Below are positions 1 through 7,856 of a stretch of DNA of 39,088 nt, in pieces (the stretch's first letter is position 1; each line of letters begins with the position of its first letter). Source of the DNA: a virus (lineage: Duplodnaviria > Caudoviricetes); IMG/VR virus record IMGVR_UViG_3300009602_000006, positions 1 through 39,088 of that record; one strand, 5' to 3'. The notes under the pieces were generated by a model. It had not been told where the DNA came from. It ran no database searches and worked only from the letters and a program-made list of their open reading frames with translations. Position numbers and translations under genes: made by a program.

Positions 1-123
1 ATAATGTTCCGGAAGATGTGCCATTGTCTTTTTCCTTAGCTGTCTGGGCCAGATTGCCCCCCCCGTCACCTATTGGACAACCCAGCCCCTGCGGCTGCAT
101 CGCCAACCTTGGATCGTCCAGCC
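1..123. repeat. Terminal direct repeat, copy 1 (identical to 38966-39088); indicates a circular or complete assembly
   Basis: ataatgttcc...ggatcgtccagcc occurs at both ends, 123 bp. It may be an assembler overlap rather than a biological terminal repeat. Confidence 0.95.
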
Positions 124-348
124 GTAGCTGTAGCTGTTCCACCCGCCAGGATACTCGAACTGCTCAATCTCCCGCAGCATCTCGACGTGCGCTTGGTCGT
201 CGGCGGTCGTCTCGGGATCCTCCGGCTCGCGGTAGTCGACTCTGCCCGCCGCCGTTATCCAGCGCTCGCCGCTGGTCGAGCCTTGCCAGCAGGACCACTT
301 CTCCGCCGCGAGGTGCCCGTCCGAGTAGAGCGTCACATCCCAGCCCAC
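70..348 (-). CDS. Hypothetical early protein, start uncertain
   Basis: Protein-like Trp-rich frame. It stays open upstream of the GTG at 348 (LSTRRITSVRTYDPTDGTS) with no ATG, so the 5' end may be lost. Confidence 0.55.
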   Translation of the reverse strand: MGWDVTLYSDGHLAAEKWSCWQGSTSGERWITAAGRVDYREPEDPETTADDQAHVEMLREIEQFEYPGGWNSYSYGWTIQGWRCSRRGWVVQ

Positions 349-469
349 TGAGGTGCCGTCGGTCGGGTCGTAGGTCCGGACCGACGTAATGCGGCGGGTA
401 CTTAGCCGCTGCTGTCGGTCTTCCCTCCCTTTTGCTGGCGGATTCGGTCCACCACTCTGTCAATCTGTG

Positions 470-985
470 TTACCAAAAATAAATCCCGTCGGAGTGTGTT
501 TCCCATGTGATTCCCCGGGGCAGCTCCTCGGATCGTGCGGAGAACGTGCTCACACACTGCCCGTTTGCGCGACTGTGCGCGATGGCCTTGACCCGTTCAG
601 CGACCGGAAGGCACGCCCAGTCGTCACACGCGGCGGCGTGCTCCCGAGCCTGGTAGTCGGCCTCGTCTAAGATCGGATAGGCATCGAGTTCTTTGGCGGT
701 CTCCTCGAGGTAGGTGTGACTTGGAGACTCAGGCTTGACGATTAGAATTTCAAACCACCCCGGCCCCCAGTGATTGAAGCTGCAGGCTTCGTGATCCGTG
801 TGATCGGGGTCTAGGCGTGCTAATTCTGTCTGGATTACGTGCCAGTTGGAGAGGGTGTAGTCGTGGGTGGCCGTGTCTCGTGTAATCAAGACTGGTGACA
901 CAAGCCAGTCCTGTTGGTCGGGGAGGTTCAGGCCCTTTTCGTCCAATCCGGTCGGCTGAAAATCTCTATACTTTTGGAGTGCCAT
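470..985 (-). CDS. Hypothetical early phage protein (acidic)
   Basis: ATG at 985 follows an AGGAGG RBS; HWGPGWFEILIV...YPILDE motif. Confidence 0.75.
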   Translation of the reverse strand: MALQKYRDFQPTGLDEKGLNLPDQQDWLVSPVLITRDTATHDYTLSNWHVIQTELARLDPDHTDHEACSFNHWGPGWFEILIVKPESPSHTYLEETAKELDAYPILDEADYQAREHAAACDDWACLPVAERVKAIAHSRANGQCVSTFSARSEELPRGITWETHSDGIYFW

Positions 986-1033
986 AAGTGTCCTCCTGTT
1001 TTTGTCAACCATGTGACTGTTCCTGACGCTGTG

Positions 1034-1192
1034 TTATCTCTTCGCAGACGTGCCCGGCACATCGGCCCACACAAGGTAAATCGCCAGCCGTTTTGGATCC
1101 CTGATCCAATGCTGTCCTTGACCACCACCCCGGTGCCGATCTCGGATCTCATCGGATGGTGAATGGGCTTGGGATCGAGTCTTCATGGCCAT
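1034..1192 (-). pseudogene. Probable truncated HNH endonuclease, N-terminal remnant (52 aa)
   Basis: Hand translation gives ...GQHWIRDPKRLAIYLVW...*. This resembles the WIR..KRLAIY-RD..C..CG start of HNH nucleases, but the RD/CxxC/HNH part is absent. Confidence 0.45.
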
Positions 1193-1222
1193 GCGCCTAA
1201 TCTAGGCTCAGCTGATGACTAT

Positions 1223-1251
1223 ACTTTAGCATACTCTGGCACCTAATACAA
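1223..1251 (-). promoter_or_regulatory. Leftward sigma70-like promoter for the early arm
   Basis: Minus strand TTGTAT-N17-TAAAGT with an extended -10 TGn. Confidence 0.55.
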
Positions 1252-1421
1252 TGCTATTCGATGCTATATGATAGGGTTATTTGAGCGGCAACGCTGAGCC
1301 CCTCGAAGCCTCACAAGACAGACACAATACAAGCAAACAGAAAGCGAACCTCGCCCGGCCGTACGGCTTCCCGTGAATCCAGACATCTTCTAGGGTCTCT
1401 CTATCTTCATACGTCGAGACG

Positions 1422-1437
1422 TGTTCCACGTGGAACA
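1422..1437. promoter_or_regulatory. parS: parS-like site TGTTCCACGTGGAACA
   Basis: Perfect 16-bp intergenic palindrome matching the chromosomal ParB/Spo0J consensus TGTTNCACGTGNAACA. Confidence 0.8.
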
Positions 1438-1600
1438 TGGGCGAGGATAAAGCGAAGCTAGCGGCGGATTCGGAGATGCCGACATCATTATTAATAAGCA
1501 GTACAGATCCAAATCCTCACGCTATATGGATGCCGGGGGGGGAGGGGGGAATAGAATCTGAAAAGACACTCCTTATCCCCATCTACATTGCAGGACCCCC

Positions 1601-1630
1601 TTGACTCACCGGGTGACCAGAGTATAGAGT
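1601..1630 (+). promoter_or_regulatory. Rightward promoter with an operator-like palindrome
   Basis: TTGACT-N18-TAGAGT, with TCACC-G-GGTGA at 1606-1616 overlapping the -35/spacer. Confidence 0.5.
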
Positions 1631-1632
1631 GA

Positions 1633-1956
1633 GTGACTATGACTGGGATATCACCGATTGGTCGGACACGCGAGCGGGTACCGGAGTCTGTGGTGGTGTC
1701 GTATGCATTGGGGGCAGATCCCGAGGGGTTTGCGGCCTTGTTACAGGAGATGCGGTCGAGGTCCGGATTAACGATTGTGGCGGTGTGTGCGATACTGGGG
1801 GTACGTCCGGGGTCGATGTATCAGTATTTTTACAAGAAGCGCGGGGTAGGGGGAACAAGTACGATGCGGTGGTTCTTGCGATATGCGGAGGCGTGCGGGT
1901 GCGAGGTAACGGTACGGTTTCCGAAGAGCGAGCGATCGGTGCGTCTCCGTGGATAA
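1633..1956 (+). CDS. XRE/Cro-like HTH DNA-binding protein
   Basis: LLQEMRSRSGLTIVAVCAILGVRPGSM...TMRWFLRYAEACGCEV matches an XRE HTH pattern. Confidence 0.75.
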   Translation: MTMTGISPIGRTRERVPESVVVSYALGADPEGFAALLQEMRSRSGLTIVAVCAILGVRPGSMYQYFYKKRGVGGTSTMRWFLRYAEACGCEVTVRFPKSERSVRLRG

Positions 1957-2395
1957 GATCCGGAAGCTGACGGGTCGGGAGGCGACGGATTTTGCATCGA
2001 TGGTGTTATCGGGGGCACCGGTCGCGGAGGTCGTGCCGTATTTCTGTCCGGACGATGCGACGGAGGATCGGTTACTCCAGGCGGAGGCGTCGTGGCCGAT
2101 GCAGCCCGAGGTGCTGGTCGCGATTGAGATCCAGACGGGCGGGGTCCCGTGGCACCAGCTGGGGGACGATCGGCGGCTCGACGTATCGTTACGGAAACAT
2201 TACAATGAGATGGCGTATTTCTTGTGGACGACGAACTATGCATCGTGCGATGGGGCGTCGAAGCTGAAAGCGGATACATGCCGGACGGCGATCGAGGCCA
2301 AGGTTGCCGGGATGGCCGGGAAAGAATCGCCCCTGGCGTCGTTTTATCATGACCTGCTCCAGCGGTACGAGGGGGAGCGATCGACGGTGTCCTGA
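1949..2395 (+). CDS. Hypothetical protein, candidate terminase small subunit
   Basis: 148 aa, helical, upstream of the large terminase. Function inferred from position only. Confidence 0.5.
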   Translation: MDKIRKLTGREATDFASMVLSGAPVAEVVPYFCPDDATEDRLLQAEASWPMQPEVLVAIEIQTGGVPWHQLGDDRRLDVSLRKHYNEMAYFLWTTNYASCDGASKLKADTCRTAIEAKVAGMAGKESPLASFYHDLLQRYEGERSTVS

Positions 2396-2562
2396 TGGCT
2401 GATCCTCCGGTCTGGCGGTTCCTGCACGTTTCGATTCTCTGCGTCACGCTGCTGGGGCTCCAGCTGCTCACCGCGACCCAGTACGACGTGACGCTTGATG
2501 GGGAAGCCGGGACGCTCGCCGGGGTCGCGCTGACGGCACTCCTGCTCGAACTCCGGCGCTGA
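2395..2562 (+). CDS. Small two-TM membrane protein (55 aa)
   Basis: Not in the ORF track. MADPPVWRFLHVSILCVTLLGLQLL...AGVALTALLLELRR; TGATG-coupled to both neighbours. Confidence 0.7.
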   Translation: MADPPVWRFLHVSILCVTLLGLQLLTATQYDVTLDGEAGTLAGVALTALLLELRR

Positions 2563-4136
2563 TGCCGACCGTCACTGCGCCCCCGCCCCTGCGCGATGAA
2601 CTGATCACGGCCTTCCGCCGGTTTCTCTGCGAGCGGATTGCGTTCGTGCCGTTTGAACATCAGGCCGCGTGGTGGGCGACGACTGATGGATACGTCCTGA
2701 CCGATACCCCGCCGACGGCGCGAGATCGCACCATCCAGGTCAGACTGCCCGATGCCTCCCTGGCGACCCGGACGCTCACGCCGAGACCCCATGGGCGGGC
2801 CAAGGTCGTGGCGGAGCTGGGCGCGTACAAATCCGGGAAATCCGCCGGAGCCGGAATCTGGGCCGCCGCGTTTGCCGCCGTGCCCAACGCCCTGGTCTAT
2901 CTGGTCGGGAACGAATATGATATGTGTGCCCCGGAATTTGACTATCTCCTGGAAGCCCTGTGCTCGGAACGGGGACTCAATCAGCGGTATGCCTCGCTGC
3001 AGAACCGTCCGAAGGATGGCCGCCTCTGGCTGGAACTCGATAATGGGGCGCGGTTCGAGGCCCGGAGCTGGGAACGCGCCGAGTCCCTCAAGGGCAAGGA
3101 GGTCGATGCCTATATCTACTGCGAGGCGTATCAACTGCCGGGCATTGAATGTTTCACCTCCGTGTCGCAGAATCTCCGCGTTCGACAGGGATATGCGGTC
3201 TTTCCGACCACCCCTGACCGTCCCTGGGTGCAGGTGTTTCACGACCATGGACATGACCATGCCGATTTTCCCCAGTGGGTCTGTCACTGCGGGATTCCGG
3301 CCGTCGTGAATCCGTACAGCTTCGATCAGTCCGCAATGGACCGCGATGAACACCTCCTCACCCGCGAGAAGTTCTCGATTGCCTATCTCGGGACGCTGGG
3401 GGACTACGTCGGGCGCGTGTACAATTATCAGCGGGGCGGACGACAACTCTCCCTGACGAGCCATCCCCACTTGTGGCATAATCCCGAACGAGGGGCGGTG
3501 CGCGAGAATCTGAAGCTGCCGTCCGACTGGACCGTGACGCTGGGGGCCGATACCGGGACCTATTGCGCCGCCGTGGTCGTGGCCGTGTCCCCGACGGGCG
3601 TGGCCTATGTGCTCGATGAGGTCACGAATTATCGCTACGTCGCCAATACGCCGGAACTGGACGAGACGAGTTCGATTGTCCGCTGGACCGATGCCGTCTG
3701 CCGGATGGCCGCCCTCTGGCAAACCCGCCCGCTGGCCTGGGTGGACAGTAACTCCCAGTTCAAGCAGGAATGCCTCCATCATGGCCTGCACCTGCTGGCG
3801 AACCAGCGTGGACGCGAAGTCCGGACCGAAGCGACACGGCAGTACTTCCAGCATGACCAGATTTGTCTCGCGCCGTGGCTCTCGCTGGTGCCCTATGAAC
3901 TGGAATATGCCCAGTGGCCCGATCAGTCCACGGCGGCCGGGAAATATGAGCGCGTGAAAGTCAATGACCATGCCCTGGATTGCGTGGAACACGTCCTGTC
4001 ACGCCATCCGCGTGCGGTTCGTACACGGCCCACGCGCCCGATGGTCCCGCCGTCCGGGTCCATCCAGTGGTACGGGTCGCCCCTTCGGAAGAAAGCCCGT
4101 CGGACACCGGTCGATGTCCATTTAGGAGCCCACTGA
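2562..4136 (+). CDS. terL: Terminase large subunit
   Basis: Q motif PFEHQ, Walker A AYKSGKS, Walker B-like AYIYCE, motif III PTTP, RNase H-like LGADTG and NDHALD. Confidence 0.9.
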   Translation: MPTVTAPPPLRDELITAFRRFLCERIAFVPFEHQAAWWATTDGYVLTDTPPTARDRTIQVRLPDASLATRTLTPRPHGRAKVVAELGAYKSGKSAGAGIWAAAFAAVPNALVYLVGNEYDMCAPEFDYLLEALCSERGLNQRYASLQNRPKDGRLWLELDNGARFEARSWERAESLKGKEVDAYIYCEAYQLPGIECFTSVSQNLRVRQGYAVFPTTPDRPWVQVFHDHGHDHADFPQWVCHCGIPAVVNPYSFDQSAMDRDEHLLTREKFSIAYLGTLGDYVGRVYNYQRGGRQLSLTSHPHLWHNPERGAVRENLKLPSDWTVTLGADTGTYCAAVVVAVSPTGVAYVLDEVTNYRYVANTPELDETSSIVRWTDAVCRMAALWQTRPLAWVDSNSQFKQECLHHGLHLLANQRGREVRTEATRQYFQHDQICLAPWLSLVPYELEYAQWPDQSTAAGKYERVKVNDHALDCVEHVLSRHPRAVRTRPTRPMVPPSGSIQWYGSPLRKKARRTPVDVHLGAH

Positions 4137-4429
4137 TGCCAGCGTCGATGGAAACCCAATTAGCCGAGATGCAACGGCAACTGTCGTTCGTGATGCAGAC
4201 GCTCTCGCTCACCAAGCAGGGACCCAACGGACAGACCGAGTCCCGGTCGTTGCAGGTGCTCTATCAGGAGATGATGACCCATGTTGGCACAACTCCGCAA
4301 ACATTTGCAGACGTGGCTCAACGTGCCTTTGCTGCCTCCGGACCAGACGGACCAGATCCAGACCTTGCAGGACCGGATGGATTCTCTGGAACAGATAATC
4401 ATGATAGCCAACGCGGACACCCCGTCTAG
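4136..4429 (+). CDS. Hypothetical protein
   Basis: AGGAG RBS; ATG overlaps the terL stop; MPASMETQLAEMQRQL. Confidence 0.65.
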   Translation: MPASMETQLAEMQRQLSFVMQTLSLTKQGPNGQTESRSLQVLYQEMMTHVGTTPQTFADVAQRAFAASGPDGPDPDLAGPDGFSGTDNHDSQRGHPV

Positions 4430-4487
4430 CCTGCCTGCCGACCGGCAGATGGCGGATCTTCCGGATGCTCATCTAGGAGCGCACTGA
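4281..4487 (+). CDS. Hypothetical protein, short coiled coil
   Basis: CAGGAG RBS; stop coupled to the next ATG; overlaps the preceding ORF out of frame. Confidence 0.6.
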   Translation: MLAQLRKHLQTWLNVPLLPPDQTDQIQTLQDRMDSLEQIIMIANADTPSSLPADRQMADLPDAHLGAH

Positions 4488-4657
4488 TGCCGATTGGATC
4501 AACCGGGAAAAAGTACAGCTATGACGCGGCCGGCAAAGCCCAGTACCGGAAGGATGAGGCCGCCCTGAAACACTCCCGGACGGGACCGGTGACCCGTCGT
4601 CCGGTGGTTCCTGCACGGCAGACCCCAGCCGCCACCGTGCGTCGGCGTCCCAGCTAG
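4487..4657 (+). CDS. Small basic protein (56 aa)
   Basis: Not in the ORF track. MPIGSTGKKYSYDAAGKAQYRK...RRRPS; AGGAG RBS and TGATG coupling. Confidence 0.65.
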   Translation: MPIGSTGKKYSYDAAGKAQYRKDEAALKHSRTGPVTRRPVVPARQTPAATVRRRPS

Positions 4658-4663
4658 GACATC

Positions 4664-6856
4664 ATGGCTGATACGGCAACTGCCCTGGCGGAGTATACCG
4701 ACGACTACAACCGGCTTCGTGCCCAGAAAGCCCGGAACGTCGGGTCGGTCGAACTCCGGATCTTGACCAATCTGTCGTTTGCCTCCGGCGAACACTGGAT
4801 CGGGAGCCAAAATCGGGTGCTCTTTACCCGGAAACGGGACCCGAACAAGCTCTACCTGGTCTTCAATCTCGCCGGACAGATGCTCCACAAGATGATGGGG
4901 CGTCTGAGCAGTATCGCACCCGTGTTCAAGGCGCGGGCCGATAAACAGGACCCGAAATCGGTCGGAAATGCCGAGGTGGTCAATAAATTGATCCGGGCGC
5001 TGGATGAAAAGCTCGATCAGCGGTCACGGACGTGGGAAATCCTCTGGTGGATGGCGATTGGCGGCGTGGCCTTTGAATACGTGCCGTGGGTCAAAGATGC
5101 CACGATGGAACCGATGCCCCGCTTCGATCCCGAGACGAATGAACTCGTCTGGACCGATGTGCAGACCGGGGAGCAAATACCCGAGTCCCTCCGGCAGGAG
5201 GCACTCATGCAGGGGGCTCCGGCCGAACGGTTCGAGGTCGTGGAGGAGATGGTCCTGGCCGGTGACGTGGGCAGTGAAATTCTGAGCCCTCTCCAGGTCT
5301 TTGTGGATGCCTCGGTGCGATCCTTGGACGATCTCAGCCCGGATCAGGCCGTGTATCTGGCCAAAATCCGGACGCTGGGCTGGATCGAGGCAAATTACGA
5401 CATCAGTGCCGAAACCATCCAGAATATCAAGGATGCGTCCGAAGTGCGGATTCTCAGCACCGATATCAAGCAGCTGGGCGATCCGACCGGCTCGGTGCAT
5501 CTCCAGGACCTTATTCCACGCATTCAGGGGAGTCAGGCGCAGAATGATCCTGATCTTTCCGTCGTGGTGGAACGATTTCAGCCGATCTCGTCAAAACACC
5601 CCCGTGGGAAGTACTCCGCGTTCATTCCCGGTGAACAGATCATCCAGGACGGCGATAGTCCCTACGAATCCATCCCGATCGTGGATTATCACTGGGGGCC
5701 GACGACGACGAGCTTCTGGAGCACGGATTACCTCTCCGATCTGATTGCGCCACAGCGGTTTCTCAATAAACGCCTCTCCCAGCTGGGCGAACAGGCGAAT
5801 GCGTCCATTTATGCCGATGAACTGCTCGGCCCGACGGTGAGACGGGAAGATATCCCCGCCGATTACCCGGCTCCGATCGAAGGGGGCCTGACTGAAACCG
5901 GCGTGAAGATGATCCAGCGCCGTGATCCGCCCCAGCTACCTGCCTGGTTCATGCAATCAATTGATTTAACGATCAAATTGATGCGTGAAATCGCGGGGGG
6001 GATCGATCTGTTCTCCGAATCGAAGTTTCCGGGTCAGATGCGCGGTCCGATGGCCGTCCCGATGCTCCAGGAGATTATCGACACCCAGTGGGGAAATCTC
6101 TATCAGCATCTCGGGCAGCGATTCGCCAAGGTCAAGGAAATGCGGATCAACCGGGTCAAGGAATACTATCCGGCGATGCGGACGCTCCATTACACCGATA
6201 AGAGTATGCGAGACGAGGTCTTCACCTTCCAGGCGTCGGAAATCCTCCGATCGGGGACCGATTACTCCATCACGGTCGAACGCGGAAGCCTGATTCCTGA
6301 ACTCCGGGCGCTCCGGGAAGCTCGGATTCGTGAACACCTCCAATCACCACTGGGGATTCTGTACGTCGATGAACGTACCGGGCGCATCGATAAGGAGAAA
6401 ATCGCGTCTGACCTGGAAATGGGCGATATCGGCCGCGAAGCCAGAGAGTCGCAGTATCGCAAGCTCGCCCGATCCCTGGTCGAACGCCTCTGGGAGGGGC
6501 AGCCGCTGCCGGAGCATCTTCCAATGCCATTCTGGAACCTGCGCGTCATCATGGATGAGCTGGAGTCGGAAATGGCCACGACGGAATGGCTCGGCGCGAG
6601 TCAGGGCATCCAGCAGGGCTTCGTGGCGTTCTGGAACAAGTGTCGGCAGTTTCTCGTCCAGGCGTCCGAGCGACGGGAGAGCGGGATGCAGCAGCAACAG
6701 ATCCAGAGTGCTGTCGCCCAGGCGACCCAGCAGGCCGCCGCGAAAGCGGCCGCCCAGGCCGTGGATATGGCGCTGGAGCAGGTCAAGGCCAGTCAGCAGG
6801 TCGCTCCGCAGGCCCCCGAGGCGTTGGCGCAGGCGATGTCGCAGCAGCAGATGTAG
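4664..6856 (+). CDS. Portal protein (P22/podovirus-like, 730 aa)
   Basis: Size, position between terL and scaffold, SDLIAPQRFLNKRLSQ helix typical of P22-type portals, Q/A-rich C-terminal tail. Confidence 0.85.
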   Translation: MADTATALAEYTDDYNRLRAQKARNVGSVELRILTNLSFASGEHWIGSQNRVLFTRKRDPNKLYLVFNLAGQMLHKMMGRLSSIAPVFKARADKQDPKSVGNAEVVNKLIRALDEKLDQRSRTWEILWWMAIGGVAFEYVPWVKDATMEPMPRFDPETNELVWTDVQTGEQIPESLRQEALMQGAPAERFEVVEEMVLAGDVGSEILSPLQVFVDASVRSLDDLSPDQAVYLAKIRTLGWIEANYDISAETIQNIKDASEVRILSTDIKQLGDPTGSVHLQDLIPRIQGSQAQNDPDLSVVVERFQPISSKHPRGKYSAFIPGEQIIQDGDSPYESIPIVDYHWGPTTTSFWSTDYLSDLIAPQRFLNKRLSQLGEQANASIYADELLGPTVRREDIPADYPAPIEGGLTETGVKMIQRRDPPQLPAWFMQSIDLTIKLMREIAGGIDLFSESKFPGQMRGPMAVPMLQEIIDTQWGNLYQHLGQRFAKVKEMRINRVKEYYPAMRTLHYTDKSMRDEVFTFQASEILRSGTDYSITVERGSLIPELRALREARIREHLQSPLGILYVDERTGRIDKEKIASDLEMGDIGREARESQYRKLARSLVERLWEGQPLPEHLPMPFWNLRVIMDELESEMATTEWLGASQGIQQGFVAFWNKCRQFLVQASERRESGMQQQQIQSAVAQATQQAAAKAAAQAVDMALEQVKASQQVAPQAPEALAQAMSQQQM

Positions 6857-6885
6857 TTGACAGGATTCTCGCCCCTTTCTATACT
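6857..6885 (+). promoter_or_regulatory. Near-consensus sigma70 promoter for scaffold/capsid genes
   Basis: TTGACA-N17-TATACT immediately after the portal stop. Confidence 0.8.
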
Positions 6886-7003
6886 GAGATCGACTGCCCA
6901 GACAGGACTGAGGCGAACACGGATCGTGAACACGCATCAGGAGACTCATCGGCAGATGAGCACCTCTCGACGCACTCACGGGCCACTCGACTGAGGAGCG
7001 GAT

Positions 7004-7825
7004 ATGGCAGATGACGATGTGACGGCTGCACCCGAGGAAACGGGGGTGGCTCCGGACCTTACAGAGAGTGGAGGAGAAACCAAGACATCCGATTCCTGGC
7101 CAGCGGAGGCTCAGGCCGAGTACACGAGGAAAACGCAGGCCCTTGCCGAGGACCGTAAAGCGTGGGATACCGAACGCACCAAGCAGACACAGCAGTTGCA
7201 GCAGTATGCCCAGCAAATGCAGCAACAGCAGTATGCGCGTCAGGCCCAGCAGCAGGCTCAGCAGCAGGCTCAGCAGGGACAGCAGAGTCAAACCACTATG
7301 CTGGACGAGTTACGCAAATTACCGTATCTGGATGGGGCGACGGCCGCGCAGCTCATGGAACGCATGGTGACCGAGGGGATCAATCCTCTCAATCAGGCGG
7401 TCCAGCAGCGTGACCAGATCATTGCGAAGCTCAGACAGGACCAGCAGGAACTGTCCGAGCGTGTAGGCAGTAGCCAAGGCAAGCAAGCTGAGCAGGCCCT
7501 CGAAGCCCGGTTTGTGAAACTCCGCGAGGAACAGGGTCTTCCCGATCACCCGCTCATCTACGAGATGATGCGCGACATGTACTTGTCGCGTACGGGTGCG
7601 CCACTTGATCAAGAGTTCCCCGAGTTGCTGCGAAAACAGTGGGAGGGGATCAAAAAAGTGGTGCGGGATGCCGACCGGGCGACGGCGAAAGCCGCCAAAG
7701 CCTCACCTTTCCCATCACGGGGGGGAGAGATTTCGCCCACCAGCGGCAAGACCGGCGGATACAAGACGCCCGAGGAACGCACGGACGAATTGTGGCCGAT
7801 GCTCAACCCAGGTCAATCGGAATAA
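7004..7825 (+). CDS. Capsid scaffolding protein
   Basis: Acidic N-terminus, YTRKTQALAE motif, Q-rich coiled coil, directly before the capsid gene; GAGGAG RBS. Confidence 0.85.
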   Translation: MADDDVTAAPEETGVAPDLTESGGETKTSDSWPAEAQAEYTRKTQALAEDRKAWDTERTKQTQQLQQYAQQMQQQQYARQAQQQAQQQAQQGQQSQTTMLDELRKLPYLDGATAAQLMERMVTEGINPLNQAVQQRDQIIAKLRQDQQELSERVGSSQGKQAEQALEARFVKLREEQGLPDHPLIYEMMRDMYLSRTGAPLDQEFPELLRKQWEGIKKVVRDADRATAKAAKASPFPSRGGEISPTSGKTGGYKTPEERTDELWPMLNPGQSE

Positions 7826-7856
7826 TCGGTGACTCCGTCATGGGAGACTAGCACCG

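Noticed and set aside
1-123. Biological terminal repeat (T7-like DTR)
   Set aside because: The repeat cuts through coding sequence and cannot be distinguished from an assembly overlap; treated only as evidence of circularity.
1573-1956. DnaA boxes (TTATCCCCA at 1573; TTATCCACG on the minus strand near 1948)
   Set aside because: Each has one mismatch, and they are isolated and far apart, as expected by chance.
1830-3992. 720-aa minus-strand ORF and other long antisense ORFs (e.g. 6344-7291, 7848-8975)
   Set aside because: Shadow frames of GC-rich genuine genes (terL, portal, capsid) with no motifs of their own.
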